A stretch of 64,000 bases of DNA. It comes from Octopus vulgaris. Lineage: Eukaryota. The stretch covers positions 10,974,001 through 11,038,000 of the forward strand of contig OX597834.1 in assembly GCA_951406725.2 (NCBI GenBank), read 5' to 3'. The translations under genes and the position numbers were made by a program. The first letter of the stretch is position 1, and the number at the start of each line of letters is the position of its first letter. Of the stretch, positions 1 to 14,282 are shown one piece after another. The notes below the pieces were generated by a model. The model made no database searches. It had not been told where the DNA came from and was given only the letters and a program-made list of their open reading frames with translations.

Positions 1-693
1 CTTGTCAAATGTTTTGTTCTTACAATAAAAAATTGTATGGCGCTCATATTAAAGCATTTTTTTTTTTTCAAATTTTGGCAGGAATGAATTTAATCGGTTT
101 AATGGTGGAACTCAAACTAGATAACTCTATAAAAACAGCATGAAAATTTTATGCCATGGCTGTTTATTTTCAATTCTTGCTATTATAAGTGGTTGGTGAT
201 ATATCGCTCTCAAGGAAAATTTCCTTCTCTTTAAAATTTGATGGTTGGCTGTCGATTTCTTTTAAATCGTAAATAAACAGAAATAATCATTTTACACCTT
301 AAGTCCAAAGCATAAATTTTAGTATTTGGTTAATAATATATTACATTTCAGTAAGCATTCGAGATAAACAACGCATAATCACTCATAAACATTATCTGGT
401 ACGACATGAATTTTGATACAAAATAATAAATGTTTAACGAAATTAGTGCTTGTGAGATTTTAAATGTCTCATATGTGTCTTCTGTAAACGTCTTGTCTCA
501 CAACACGGAATCAGTTCAAATACGTTGCCTGGCAACTCCATCTCCGATATTTTAATAGAACTACATAAGAAATTTCTTAAATCGTACCTGATTTCGCTTC
601 TGTTTTCTAGTTAATTATTTCCATGCAGACATCGCTCTGCATGAACTGTAGAAATCATTCTACTTGTAGAAGGGTGTGCTAAGATAAACAAAC

Positions 694-1224
<531 letters not shown>

Positions 1225-1417
1225 AATGTAATAGTTACAAGGAAAATGATTACGATGATATAATACTATTAACAACAAGAAAAAAAAATGTAAGAGAAAC
1301 TCGCAAAAGTTTATTTCAACACTTGTAATAGTTAAGAACTTGTTAGAAAAGTAAGAAACACGCACAGACATACACACATATACATCTGTAATTCCATGCA
1401 TATTTACACATGCATGC

Positions 1418-1472
<55 letters not shown>

Positions 1473-1777
1473 CGCACACACATATGTCTATGCATATTAC
1501 AACAATGATAAGGTGAAGTCAGTGTTGACGATGGTGATGAAGAATACTAATAAGTGAAAAGAAGTCGTTTTCTTGCGGCACATAAATGTATTGAAGACTG
1601 TTGTCAATTAAATTCATGCCGCAATATATTTCTTCTTTTACCTACTTTATACAATATTGCTGCTGGATCGTCTTTATGCTTTTTTTCCTTCTTCTCGTTC
1701 TTCCTCCTCTCTTTTGTATTATTATGGAAAGAGATATCGTATTCGTTCGGCGATGACTAAAAATTAAGAGGAGCCGT

Positions 1778-1829
1778 AGTAGTTGCGGTGGTAGTGGTCA
1801 TGCTGATGGTGATAGCAGTAGTTGTAGTG

Positions 1830-1870
<41 letters not shown>

Positions 1871-1952
1871 TTGGTAAGAATGCTAAACGATGAGCGGAGA
1901 ATAAGATTAAAATAAAAGCAAAGGAATTAAGACAAAGCGGACGAAAGAGTGC

Positions 1953-1993
<41 letters not shown>

Positions 1994-2015
1994 TGCAGGG
2001 GCAGCTGCTGCAGTT

Positions 2016-2059
<44 letters not shown>

Positions 2060-2480
2060 TGTAATAGCTGTTGTTGTTGTAGTTGTAGTAGTAAGTGTAG
2101 TGGTCGTGATGGTTTTGGTGGTGGTAGTGACAGTAGCAGCAGCAGCAAGGAAGCAGAAAGGATGAAGAGAAAGGAGAAGGAGGAAGAGAGGAGGAGGTGA
2201 AGAAGAAGAAGAAGAAGAAGAAGAAGAAGAAGAAGAAGAAGAAGAAGAAGATGAAGATGATGATGATGACAACGATGAGGATGATGATGGTGATGATGAA
2301 AAGGACAGAAAAAGACAGAAAGAAGGAGAAGTAGAAGAAAAAGAAGAAGAAGTGGAGGTTAGGAGAAGGAGGAAGAGGAGGAGGTGGACGTGCGTGAGGT
2401 AGAGGAGGAGTAAGAGTAAGAGAGAGAAGAAGAAATGTGAACAAGAATTAGTATAAAGAAAGAAAAGAAATGAAGAAGGA
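1778..2480. repeat. (AGT)n, (GAA)n, (GAT)n trinucleotide low-complexity block
   Basis: Directly visible. Confidence 0.95.
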
Positions 2481-3050
2481 AATGATGAAAATTCGAAAAG
2501 TGTTAAAACTATAATATTACATTTTTCGCGTTAAATATTTAAGTATTTTTAGTGTTATATGTAATAAATTACGTAATAACAACACTGAACAACAAATGCA
2601 ACATCATTGGAAACGGTTTTCATGTTTCTCTCACATGCTTTACGATTAAGCTGAGATGGAAGTTTTATAAAGAATGAGGTAAAAAGAATAACAGCGGAAA
2701 TAAATTCTAAACGAAGAGTAAAAAAAAAAAAAAAAAAAGAGAAATTTAGAAAACCTTTATGTAAATGCTTTAACCTTTGGTTATAGGAATTATAAAGAAA
2801 CTATTGGATTTCCTTCAGGAAAAGAGGAATGAAAAAAGAAAAAGGAGCAAATGCAAAATAACCTAAAACCACAATAAAGTTATATAAAACATGTAACCCA
2901 TAAGAAGTTAATTTTTAGAACGTCAACGTTTTCATCGTGTAATATCCGTTTACAAATTTTTTAAATATTTTCTTCAAATATTGTTTGCGAAACGAAAGAT
3001 GCTTTTCAGAAAGGAATCGCTTTCCATTGCCTTTCTCTATATACGACATG

Positions 3051-3053
<3 letters not shown>

Positions 3054-3097
<44 letters not shown>

Positions 3098-3111
3098 TTG
3101 TATATATACAA

Positions 3112-3144
<33 letters not shown>

Positions 3145-3181
3145 CAAATATACATATATATATATATATATACAAATATAC

Positions 3182-3244
<63 letters not shown>

Positions 3245-3386
3245 ACCATATACATATATTTATATATATATATATATATATACAAATATACATATATATA
3301 TTTATACACATACCTATATATATATATATGGAGAAGGGGTAGAGATAAATAGATAATAGGCATAAATATAAAGATATACATGCATG

Positions 3387-3428
<42 letters not shown>

Positions 3429-3448
3429 CATATATTTATATATCAAGA

Positions 3449-3480
<32 letters not shown>

Positions 3481-3563
3481 GAAAGATAGTATGTGCCGTA
3501 TATGCGTGCATGTATATATATATATATATATATAGAAGATAGATAGATAGATAGATAGATATA

Positions 3564-3604
<41 letters not shown>
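3054..3604. repeat. (TA)n-dominated microsatellite block with (GA)n and (GATA)n
   Basis: Directly visible. Confidence 0.95.
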
Positions 3605-3607
<3 letters not shown>

Positions 3608-4235
3608 TACATGTATCTCTATAAACTAAAACACACTATCACCGTTCGAAAATGTCACAATATAATGGCAGATTGCTCTAAGGTTAAAATCTTGCAAAGT
3701 AAAGAGAATAAAAAATACTTATACTACATATGTGAACGTGTGTGTTTATGAGTGTGCGTGAATGTGCGTGGTTGTTCGTAGATAACACCATTAAAATACA
3801 GTAATTTCCTTTCAATTTATTTTAGTTTTGATTTATTTCATTCTAATGTCATTACGGATGATTTTTTTTTTTATTTATTTTCCTTTGGCATTCTAATTCA
3901 AATTGCACATGTAAATAATTGTTAAAGTTTTAACATTTAAACTTTGTTGTAATAACAACTTTTACGCATCTCGTTTCTCAACTATCTCCCATCAACGTGG
4001 TACGAATTTATTTGACTCCAAAAGGTATTGGCTTCGATTCTGCAATTTAAAACAACAGAGGGGTTTTGTTTTCTGTAAACAAAAAATGAGAAAATATATT
4101 GCTCACCTATACATACAAGTTTGGTTGTCCCGAATATACAGCTTTCAACAACAATGTAAATAGGAATAAGCCATTGCAAGCTGTGCTACACATATTTTGT
4201 TTCTTTTAGCATTTCCAACTGATATTACTCAGTAA

Positions 4236-4302
<67 letters not shown>

Positions 4303-4303
4303 T

Positions 4304-4515
4304 CCTTCTTTCTTCAAATTTTCTTCCGTTTCTCGCCGAGTGTTTTCCATACACCTAGGGCAGAGAAGGGCATTGTATGCATTCCCAAATTACACGTGCA
4401 AATTCACAGATAAAATATGTATTTAAAAATTAATAAATAAATGAATTCATGGATGGATGTTATTTTCACAGCAATAGTGCTCTTCTCAGTACATGAGCCG
4501 TTCCAGTTAATACGA

Positions 4516-4518
<3 letters not shown>
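4304..4518 (-). mobile_element. Extreme 3' tail of an R4/Dong-clade non-LTR retrotransposon inside a (TAA)n tract
   Basis: Minus strand reads KIVLTGTAHVLRRALLL*, typical of the R4/Dong ORF C-terminus, then a 3' UTR; (ATT)n on both sides (4237-4302, 4519-4617). Confidence 0.7.
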
Positions 4519-4593
<75 letters not shown>

Positions 4594-4617
4594 CATCATC
4601 ATCATCGTTATTATTAT

Positions 4618-6320
4618 GAATCCTTCGTAAGATAGTGTAGGTAAAAATGCACCGGAGTCGCTAGTCATCTGTCAAGTCACAACAAGGATCTCAGACAGAT
4701 AATACTTTCGTTAAGATGTGCGCTTTTCTCAATAATGCTGGTTTTGGAAGGCATCAATCATGCATGAGATTTCCAGATGCCTCAAGAAGTTTTGAAGTTT
4801 CAATGGGATTGAGCCAAACCCTCCAATCACCAATGGTATCACTTTTACATTACCCTCTCGCATTCCATACACTCTTGCCATTTCCACTTTTTATTCGGAG
4901 TACTTGGTGATTTTTTCACCTCCTTACTCACAACATCCATGTCATTTGGTATAACTACATCAATGATCTGACAGTATTTGTTTCTCTTATTCAAAATGAC
5001 AATATACGGCCAACAGTGTTCAATTACACGATCCGTCTGAAAACATGGTCCCCGAGTATCGTTACTTTTTCACCCTCCTGCATAATTTTACTTGGTACAT
5101 GCTCCTCACAGTTCTCTGTTACTTCATATTGGTATTTACGGCATAAGATCCAATGAAGATAAACATACTTTATCGCGGGGGCGTTTGGATTCTTTTTGTG
5201 CAAGGCTCTCACATCCACTTACTAATTGGGTCACATTTTCTCCACTCTTTCCAGAATTTGCATTTTTGGGTGTCAGAAGTTTTATAGATATTATACTTCA
5301 CTGAAGCGAGGACTTGGTCTTGTGAAGCAACGATCAGGCTTCCGTTGGTATGCTTCAAATCACCTCTCTAGAGCTATGTTCATTATACTCTTTTACTTTC
5401 TTACTTGTTTCAGTCATTTGACTGCGGCCATGCTGGAGCACCGCTTTTAGTCGAGCAACTCGATCCCTGGACTTATTCTTTTGTAAGCCCAGTACTTATT
5501 CTATCGGTCTCTTTCGCCGAACCGCTAAGTGACGGGGACGTAAACACACCAGTATCGGTTGTCAAGCAATGCTAGAGGAACAAACACAGACACACAAACA
5601 CACACATACATATATATATATACATATATACGACAGGCTTCTTTCAGTTTCCGTCTACCAAATCCACTCACAAGGCATTGGTCGGCCCGGGGCTATAGCA
5701 GAAGACACTTGCCCAAGATGCCACGCAGTGGTACTGAACCCGGAACCATGTGGTTGGTTAGCAAGCTACTTACCACACAGCCACATTATCATTAACGTCT
5801 TTCGTATTCCTTTCAAACTGTCCGTGCATTTTCATTTCAAGAAGGTCTTCTTTTCTCTTCTCCTCAGCTCTTTGGTTAAACTCTGCCTTGCCCATTATTT
5901 CATCTGCATTTAGACCCATATCTTTCGCGGCATATTTGCCACAGATCTTCATCACTATTTATCAAATACTTGGCAATCGTTCTTCTTTCACTCCTTATAC
6001 AACGGTCTATACTAATTAGTCCTCTGTCACCATTCTTTCTTTTCCTATACATTCTGTTTACGTTTTGCTTTAGGGTGTAGCGCCCCATGCAGCGTCATCA
6101 ACTTTCTCGTCCTTCTATCCAGTGTTGACATTTCCTCCTTAGTCCATCTGAGGATGGACGCATTATATCTGACCACCGCAACTGTCCAGATATTCATTGC
6201 GGTAATCAAATTTTTGGCATTCAGCTTTGATTTCAACACCATCTTCATTCCTTTTTGATACGCCTCGCTGACCTTGACTTTCATTTCCCTGTGGAGAATG
6301 TCATCTAGCTCTAAAATCCT
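4618..6320 (-). mobile_element. 5'-truncated degenerate R4/Dong-clade LINE (RT C-terminus, CCHC knuckle, restriction-like endonuclease), interrupted by a SINE
   Basis: KSKLNAKNLITAMNIWTVAVVRY..LDRRTRKLMTLHGALHPK; RMYRKRKNGDRGLISI; degenerate knuckle ENVTQLVSGCESLAQKE; REL-like KVTILGD..QTDRVIEH..IVILNKRNKYCQIIDVVIPND..KEV; frameshifted; flanked by (ATT)n. Confidence 0.85.
5386..5784 (-). mobile_element. tRNA-derived SINE family A (CORE-like, internal TA/TG microsatellite)
   Basis: Minus strand has box A GTGGCTGTGTGG, box B GGTTCAGTACC and the CTTGGGCAAGTG core; matches about 11 other copies in the window. Confidence 0.9.
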
Positions 6321-6347
6321 TAAATTGTTTCCCCATAATCCGCTCCA

Positions 6348-6390
6348 GTTATTATTATTATTATCATTGTTGTTGTTCTTATTCTTCTTG

Positions 6391-6429
<39 letters not shown>

Positions 6430-6537
6430 GTAGTAGTAGTAGTAGTAGTAGTAATAGTATCATTGTTGTTGTTATTATTATTATTATCATTGTCGTTGTT
6501 GTTATTGTTACTGTTGTTATTATTATTATCATTATCA

Positions 6538-6583
<46 letters not shown>

Positions 6584-6614
6584 CATTGTTGTTGTTGTTA
6601 TTATTATTATTAAT

Positions 6615-6656
<42 letters not shown>

Positions 6657-6657
6657 G

Positions 6658-6697
<40 letters not shown>
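6348..6697. repeat. (ATT)n/(GTT)n/(CAT)n microsatellite
   Basis: Directly visible. Confidence 0.95.
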
Positions 6698-6719
6698 TCA
6701 GCTACTCGTCTTGTGAGAT

Positions 6720-8035
6720 AATTTCTTGTTAAACTTTTCAAACAGTCATCTATAGTTTCATTACGTTTTAGATGAGATTTTAGACATCTGCTTTGCTCTT
6801 ATTTGTATTTATTTCATTGTTCATTATTTGATAATTTTGTGATCGTAACTGCGGATGCTTTATTATTGTTTCGAAGAGCCATAATACCCATCGTGTTCAG
6901 TTTCCCTCATAAATAGATGATCGACATTTTTTATTGCATTCCATATGTATTCATCCTTTTAGTGTCCAATTGAGAATATTACAATTATAAAAATATACTT
7001 TCGAGTTTCTTTATCCTTATCCTTAGGAGATGCGAATTTATCTGGTGCATGTGTATAACATGAAAAGAAATGTTTGTTTTGTGTCATCTGCAATGTACAA
7101 CATGAGGTCGTCTCACGGAACATAGCAACGGATTGGGATAGGAGAGCATTTGCATCAGAGTCAAGTCTTATTGAATTTGTCAACGTGGGACCGAAAAACT
7201 GATTGAGAGCAATAATCTCTTGAATATATTCCTCTTCTAGTGGAGTGTCTAAATAATTGTTTCGCTTGCATTTTCGAGAATTGCTTCCTATTTATCCATA
7301 TGACTCCTGCAAATTCCTGCTATATGAGGATTTGCAGAATACTACCCTTGAAAACCTTATTCTTTTTCTCGTTCTTTTTAAATGCATTTCTGCCTTGTTG
7401 CATTTACGAATTCCATGTTCTCCAAAGGCACAACATTAATAGATTTTACACTTTGCATCAGGATCCACTTCCAGCGACTCTTTCAATATCCTATTATGCA
7501 TAAAAGATTATTCCTTAAAATTCCACGTATATATTCATCAACTGTTTGATCTCTTGCGCCTTATTCTTTTTCAACTTTTAATGGCGACTGGTTTATTTCT
7601 TTTGGTGATATGCCATACCACGCTTTCAGCATTTCCATTTGTAGAGGTATCACAATTTTCCCATATACTTCTTTCATTTTTTATCTAGTGATGCTACAGT
7701 GGGTTCTATTTCCTTTTCGCTAAAGTCTTGTTAAATTTGCTTGTGTTTCTAGATGAAATGTTTTGTTTATATATATTTTCTCAGGCAGTAGCTCTCTGAA
7801 TGCTAATATATTCATTTTCATCGAAGATTTCTTATTTCAGTCGTTGGATGATTTCAATTATTTTATATTACACTTCAGTGGTATCTTCTGGAAGTTCGTT
7901 GTGGACAAATATAAACGCCTAGAGGGAAAGTCGCCCGAGGGTTTGAATGCAATTAATCCTCCTTAGATATCGTTCGTTTGCATTCGCTGATACGCTTGTT
8001 ATCGAAACTCTGTTTCCACGTGTTTCTCAAATTTT
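6720..8035 (-). mobile_element. Highly decayed LINE relic, probably the R4/Dong pre-RT and RT region
   Basis: Scattered minus-strand remnants (IEIIQRLK*EI, IWENCDTSTNGNAE, WK..PD, FQG, VDHLF) in the order expected for R4-type ORFs; many stops. Confidence 0.4.
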
Positions 8036-8139
8036 ATCATTTAATTTGCACCGCCATATACAAGCTGTTTGTACAGCGTAAACATATTGGTATTATTTGA
8101 TTCTTTCACCCGTAAGGTTTTCACTAAGAAATAACAAAA

Positions 8140-8650
8140 GATCCCCGGATTTTTTTGCGTGGAATCAAGTACCCTGACCTTCTTATATATTGCATACTCC
8201 TTATTTTTGTTCGGAAAAGGGAGGAACCGCACCCCACCACTATATCCTGGAATTATTCGGGTTTTTTTTTACGTTGAATAAAGTCCGGTGACCTCCTAAT
8301 ATGCTACAAAAGCTTTTTGGGGTCGGAAAACGTGATGGGGTGGGATGGAATCCTCGGAAATTTCAACTCACCCCCTTGATCTTTTCACCTGCACGATTTT
8401 CACTCAGAAAGAAAAAAACTCGAGTTTTTTGTATGGAATCAAGTACCCTGACCTCTCCATATGCTGCAAGCCCCTTAATTTTGTTCTGAAAAAAAAAAGT
8501 AGGGTGGAAAACCGGAATACCCCAGTTCCTGAATTCATAAGAATTTTTTGTGTTTTTCGTTGGCTGAATTCCGGTGACTTGCTAATATGCTACAAAACCC
8601 ATTTTTAGGTCTGAAAAAGGGGTTGGGTGGAACTCACGGAAATTTACCCA
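8140..8650. repeat. Degenerate tandem repeat, about 140-bp subunits with an about 280-bp period
   Basis: TGGAATCAAGTACCCTGACCT at ~8160 and ~8433; CCGGTGAC.T.CTAATATGCTACAAAA at ~8285 and ~8571. Confidence 0.7.
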
Positions 8651-9012
8651 CCACCACCACCACCCTCATTTTAAAATATTTCTTACTATTTCTTTCTTTA
8701 CTCATAATTTTAGATAACGTTTTGCAGAAATACGTTTCCGAGAATGTGTGGATAACCTTAGATTGAAAATTCCAAGATGTTTGAAAGGAATAAGTGAAAA
8801 TGCAAAAATTATAGAAGTTAGTGGCAACGAATTGTGGAGAGATAAGCGATAAATTCCTCTTAAAAGAACACCTGAGAGTGTTTTCATGTTTGACTGAAAC
8901 GGAGTAAAGGTATAATATTAACAAAATATCTTTTTCCTACATTAATAGTGACCAGACTAACCGAATCTATTTTCCAAATGGATAGAAATTAGTATGATGT
9001 CTTTTAAATAAA

Positions 9013-9237
9013 CCTATTTCTTTACTACCCTCAATGGGCTAAACACAGAGAGGACAGACAAGGAGATTAAGTCGATAATATCGACCCCAGTGCGTAACTG
9101 GTACTAAATTTATCGACCCCGAAAGAATGAAAGGCAAAGTCGACCTCGGCGAAATTTGGAATTAAAACGTACCTGCAGACGAGATACGGCTACGCATTTC
9201 GTCCGACGTGCTAACGTTTCCGCCAGCTCGCCGCCTT
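9013..9237 (-). mobile_element. tRNA-derived SINE family B monomer with TSD
   Basis: Head AAGGCGGCGAGCTGGC on minus strand, tail GAAATAG; TTTAAATAAAC duplicated on both sides. Confidence 0.9.
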
Positions 9238-9535
9238 TTAAATAAACCATATTACTCTACCCCTGGTATTTGAGTACTCTCTTTTTCCACCTTGTTTCAC
9301 AAATTAGTGGCAACGAAGTGTGGAGAGATAAGCGATAAATTACTCTTAAAAAAACACCTGAGAGATTTTTCATGTATGACCGAAACGAATATCTTTTTCC
9401 TACATTACTAGTGACCAGACTAAACAAATCTATTTTCCAAAATGAATAGAAATTAGTATGATGTCTTGAGTAAGGAAGCAAGTTACATCGAGAAATGTAA
9501 GTGAAAAGATTAGTAGAGATTTCGAATGTATATCT

Positions 9536-9768
9536 TATTTCTTAACAGCTCACAAGGGGTTACACACGGAGGGGACAAACAAGGAGTGACAAACGGATTA
9601 AGTCAATTATATCGACCCCAGTGCGCAACTGGTACTTATTTAATCGACCCCGAAAGGATAAAAGGCAAAGTCGACCTCGGTGGAACTTGAACTCAGAACG
9701 TAAAGACAGACGAAATATTGCTTAGCATTTCGCCCAGTGTGCTAACGTTTCAGCCAGCTTACCGCCTT
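9536..9768 (-). mobile_element. SINE family B monomer
   Basis: Same consensus; AATGTATATCT on both flanks. Confidence 0.88.
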
Positions 9769-10084
9769 TATAATGTATATCTTTATAATGTATATCTACC
9801 ATCCGTAATCTCTCAAATTCTGGAAGACCAGATTTGACGTAACATGTGAACGACTCGGTACTATAGCAATTACGGTTTCAGTAGACGTTATTATTATTAT
9901 TGTTATTGTTGTTGTTGTTGCTGTTGGAAGTAATAGTAGCCGTAGTTGTTGTAGTAGTGGTCGCCATCATCATTGTAGTGGTAGTAGTAGTTGCATTGGT
10001 ATTGTTCTATGAGTAATAAATTTTGCTCTAATGCAGTATGCAACATTGTAAATATCACAGTAAATTACGTAACTATATGCACAA

Positions 10085-10136
10085 ATACACAGAGACACAC
10101 ACACACAAACAGACACACAGACAGACACAGACACAT

Positions 10137-10167
<31 letters not shown>

Positions 10168-10238
10168 GATATATATATATATATAGATAGGTAGATAAAT
10201 AGATAGATATAGATACATAGATAGATAGATAGATAGAT

Positions 10239-10313
<75 letters not shown>

Positions 10314-10318
10314 TAGAT

Positions 10319-10385
<67 letters not shown>

Positions 10386-10391
10386 TATATA
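10085..10391. repeat. (CA)n, (GATA)n, (TA)n compound microsatellite
   Basis: Directly visible. Confidence 0.95.
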
Positions 10392-11413
10392 CTAAATCCC
10401 AAGGCACATACTGTTATTCTCTGCGACTCTATGTTTGAAGCGTAAAATGTCATGAGCTCTGAAACCAATAAACTCATATATGAAGCCTGCACGCATTTCC
10501 TTCAATTATAAGTATGTAATATTGTTATTCATAACATCAAAACTTAGGGTAAAAGTAGCTCGTTGGTGCTATAAAATTGGGAACAAAACGAAACAACAAT
10601 ATAATATCTAACAATTTATATAAATTATAACGTTCAACAAATAATCTCTTTGAAACATGAAAATATATGAATCATCCAATACATCACGCTACAGCAAATA
10701 CTTTATAAAACATACAAGCAAACTATCGGGGACAGGAAGCGAGAAAGAAGGAACGAAATGAGAGGGTAATCGGAAATACAAAAGGAAAGATTGAGTGGAT
10801 ATTTAGAGAAATTCAAATCTTGAAAGGAAGAAAGGAAATACGGAAAGATATGAAATAAAATGGAAGAAAGAAGAGAAGAGGAAAGAAAATATAGAAACGT
10901 AAAAAGTTATAGGACAAAAAATGTACAGAAAGAGGAATATGATCAAGAATAAAGTGCAAAAATAGTGGAAAATCAATGAAAAGATGAAAGAAAAACAGAA
11001 ATGAAGTAGGATTTGGAGAAATTAAGAAAAAAAAATTAATACCATATATGGAAAAGAAATGAAACGTATCGAAGATTCGACGTAAAGGGAAAGGTGGATG
11101 TAAGACAATTTGTTTAAGAAGAAAAGATATATAAGAGAAGGGAAGAATGAAGAAAAAAATATGAAAGAATAGGCAGTAAAGAAGAACATAATTAAACGGA
11201 AGAGAAAAAGAGGAAGAGACAATGAGAATATTAAAGAGAGAAGAAGGAATGAATGAATAAGGGGAAAGAAATGAATGATCGTAAGCGATAGACTGAAGTG
11301 AAAACAAAAGTAGAGGAAGCGAAAATACAGGAGGGTCTTCAATATGGAAATTTTTGTAAAAATGGACGAAATAACCTTATGCGAATATATGGATTAATTT
11401 ACAAGGTTATAGA

Positions 11414-11414
<1 letters not shown>

Positions 11415-11450
<36 letters not shown>

Positions 11451-11480
11451 CATATATGAATCTGTGTATATATATATATG

Positions 11481-11546
<66 letters not shown>

Positions 11547-11597
11547 CATATATATATATACACAGATATATATATATACATATATATATATATACAC

Positions 11598-11696
<99 letters not shown>

Positions 11697-11770
11697 TATA
11701 TGTATGTGTGTGTATGTATATATATGTATATATATATGTATATATATATATATATATATGTATTATATAT
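11415..11770. repeat. (TA)n microsatellite
   Basis: Directly visible. Confidence 0.95.
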
Positions 11771-11810
11771 ATTGTTCAAAATAAAATAAAAACATGATGC
11801 GAAGGATTCA

Positions 11811-11888
11811 GCGGTACATATGTTTCGGGCCTTTATTAGACAGATTTATAACAATGCATAATGTATGTCTGTGGCCTTCTTCAGCCGC
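11811..11888 (-). ncRNA. Type I hammerhead ribozyme motif (minimal helix III)
   Basis: Exact reverse complement of 12138-12215. Confidence 0.75.
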
Positions 11889-12137
11889 GCACAACAGCTT
11901 CCACAAGGACATGTGTTACATCAAAAATTCTTGGTTGGGGATGCAAATCCTCTCATTCGCGTACGACATAATGCGGCAAAGCATAGAATTGAAGCGTCCA
12001 TCTCTTTCTTCTCTCAGAAAGAGATGGACGCTTCAATTCTATGCTGTTGCCGCATTATGTCGTACGTGAATGAGAGGATTTGCATCCCCAACCAAGAATT
12101 TTTGATGTAACACATGTCCTTGTGGAAGCTGTTGTGC

Positions 12138-12215
12138 GCGGCTGAAGAAGGCCACAGACATACATTATGCATTGTTATAAATCTGTCTAATAAAGGCCCG
12201 AAACATATGTACCGC
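12138..12215 (+). ncRNA. Type I hammerhead ribozyme motif (minimal helix III)
   Basis: GCGG-CTGAAGA-A-GGCC[long loop with ACAGA/TCTGT]GGCC-C-GAAA-CATATG-TA-CCGC: helix I GCGG/CCGC, canonical core, palindromic ACATATGT helix III, GUA cleavage triplet. Confidence 0.75.
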
Positions 12216-12256
12216 TGAATCCTTCGCATCATGTTTTTATTTTATTTTGAACAATG

Positions 12257-12301
<45 letters not shown>

Positions 12302-12570
12302 TTCTATTTATCAAGATATGTATGAATAATATCGCTTTATAAGATTAATATTTTATATATACTGAAGCATACATTTGGCAATATGATTAACGATCACACT
12401 AAACTTACACATATTGTCTGTCTGTCTTTTTTTCCTCTCTCTCCCTCTCTGGCTCTTTCACACACACACACACACACATAGACACCCGCGCACACACTTA
12501 AAGATTCCCATTCACAACTGCCTACATACATGCACACATACATAGACCTTTATATTTGTATAAAATGTTA

Positions 12571-13100
<530 letters not shown>

Positions 13101-14214
13101 AAAAGTACCAAATACCACAATCATATATTTATTGCAAAGAACACATCTCGGTAAAAACGAATCTAGAGTCTACTGCTAACACTCCCATTGCGGAAGGGAG
13201 ATAATTTTTGTCAGTATAGTTTGAAACTATTGAAGATTGCAGTAGCCTACTTCGGGGGAGAAGAACAATCTTGCATATAATATTAAGACATATCTTATTA
13301 ATTATTAACTAAGACAGACAAGGAGATGGAATTCTTAGCGGAAAGAACTACCAGTTTCGATTGCGCATAATAAATGTGAATAACAATACCTTTCAAATTG
13401 AATTGCTCGATGCAGAAACAAAAAAAAGAACAAAAGAACGATACAGTCTTCATTTGGAGAACTATTCAGAGCTAAGCACATCGCACACCCACATACACAC
13501 ACCCACACACACATACACACACACACTCACAAGAAGAAACATGCACACACACACACTCATATATTATTAACTATTTCTCACTTTGTATTTTCCCTTCCCT
13601 CTCTCTCTCTCTATATATATATATATGTTTGTGTGTATGTGTGTATATATATATATATGTATTTATATATATGGATATATATATGTATATATATATATAT
13701 GTATATATATATACATGTATATATATATATGTGTATATATATATATATATATATGTGTATGTATGTATGTATGTATGTATATATCTATAAAATAACGCTC
13801 AACATTGGTATGTTTGTGTGTCTGTGCATCAATAGGTTGAGAGGAAAAAGAAAAGATACATAAGAACAAAGTATGTGTTCTTATGTAAAATTTTACGACA
13901 AATTCGATGAGCTACCTAAAATTTAGCGGGCTTAGGGGGGGGGGGGGCAAAAACTCCTGTGAGATTTCAAATAACTCCGATTTCAAAGAAAATAACAACA
14001 TAACTATCAGGTTCAAAATAAAGACAATTTCCAAAATTTCACCCTCTTACAATATTGTTTAAGCCCCCTAATGGGGCCTATAGCACGGGACAGAGCCCCT
14101 TTGAAAGTTCAAATACATCCAGTTTTCATGCAAGAAATATAAAATTTAAGTATATGTTCTTGGAATAAGTGTACTACAAAACTTCAACAATGCATATTTC
14201 ATGTATATACACAA

Positions 14215-14282
<68 letters not shown>

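Larger units (their letters stand above)
11771..12255. mobile_element. Near-perfect 485-bp palindrome; inverted Penelope-like pseudo-LTR pair inserted in (TA)n
   Basis: Arms 11771-12009 and 12016-12255 with 6-nt spacer TCTCTC; I count one substitution and one indel; each arm carries a hammerhead motif. Confidence 0.85.

Noticed and set aside
11794-12232. Two ORFs with identical N-termini on opposite strands (MMRRIQRY...)
   Set aside because: A consequence of the palindrome; no recognisable protein
13313-13570. Protein-looking ORF (GKNYQFRLRIINVNNNTFQIELLDAET...)
   Set aside because: No convincing splice sites or start, runs into (CA)n, no recognisable domain
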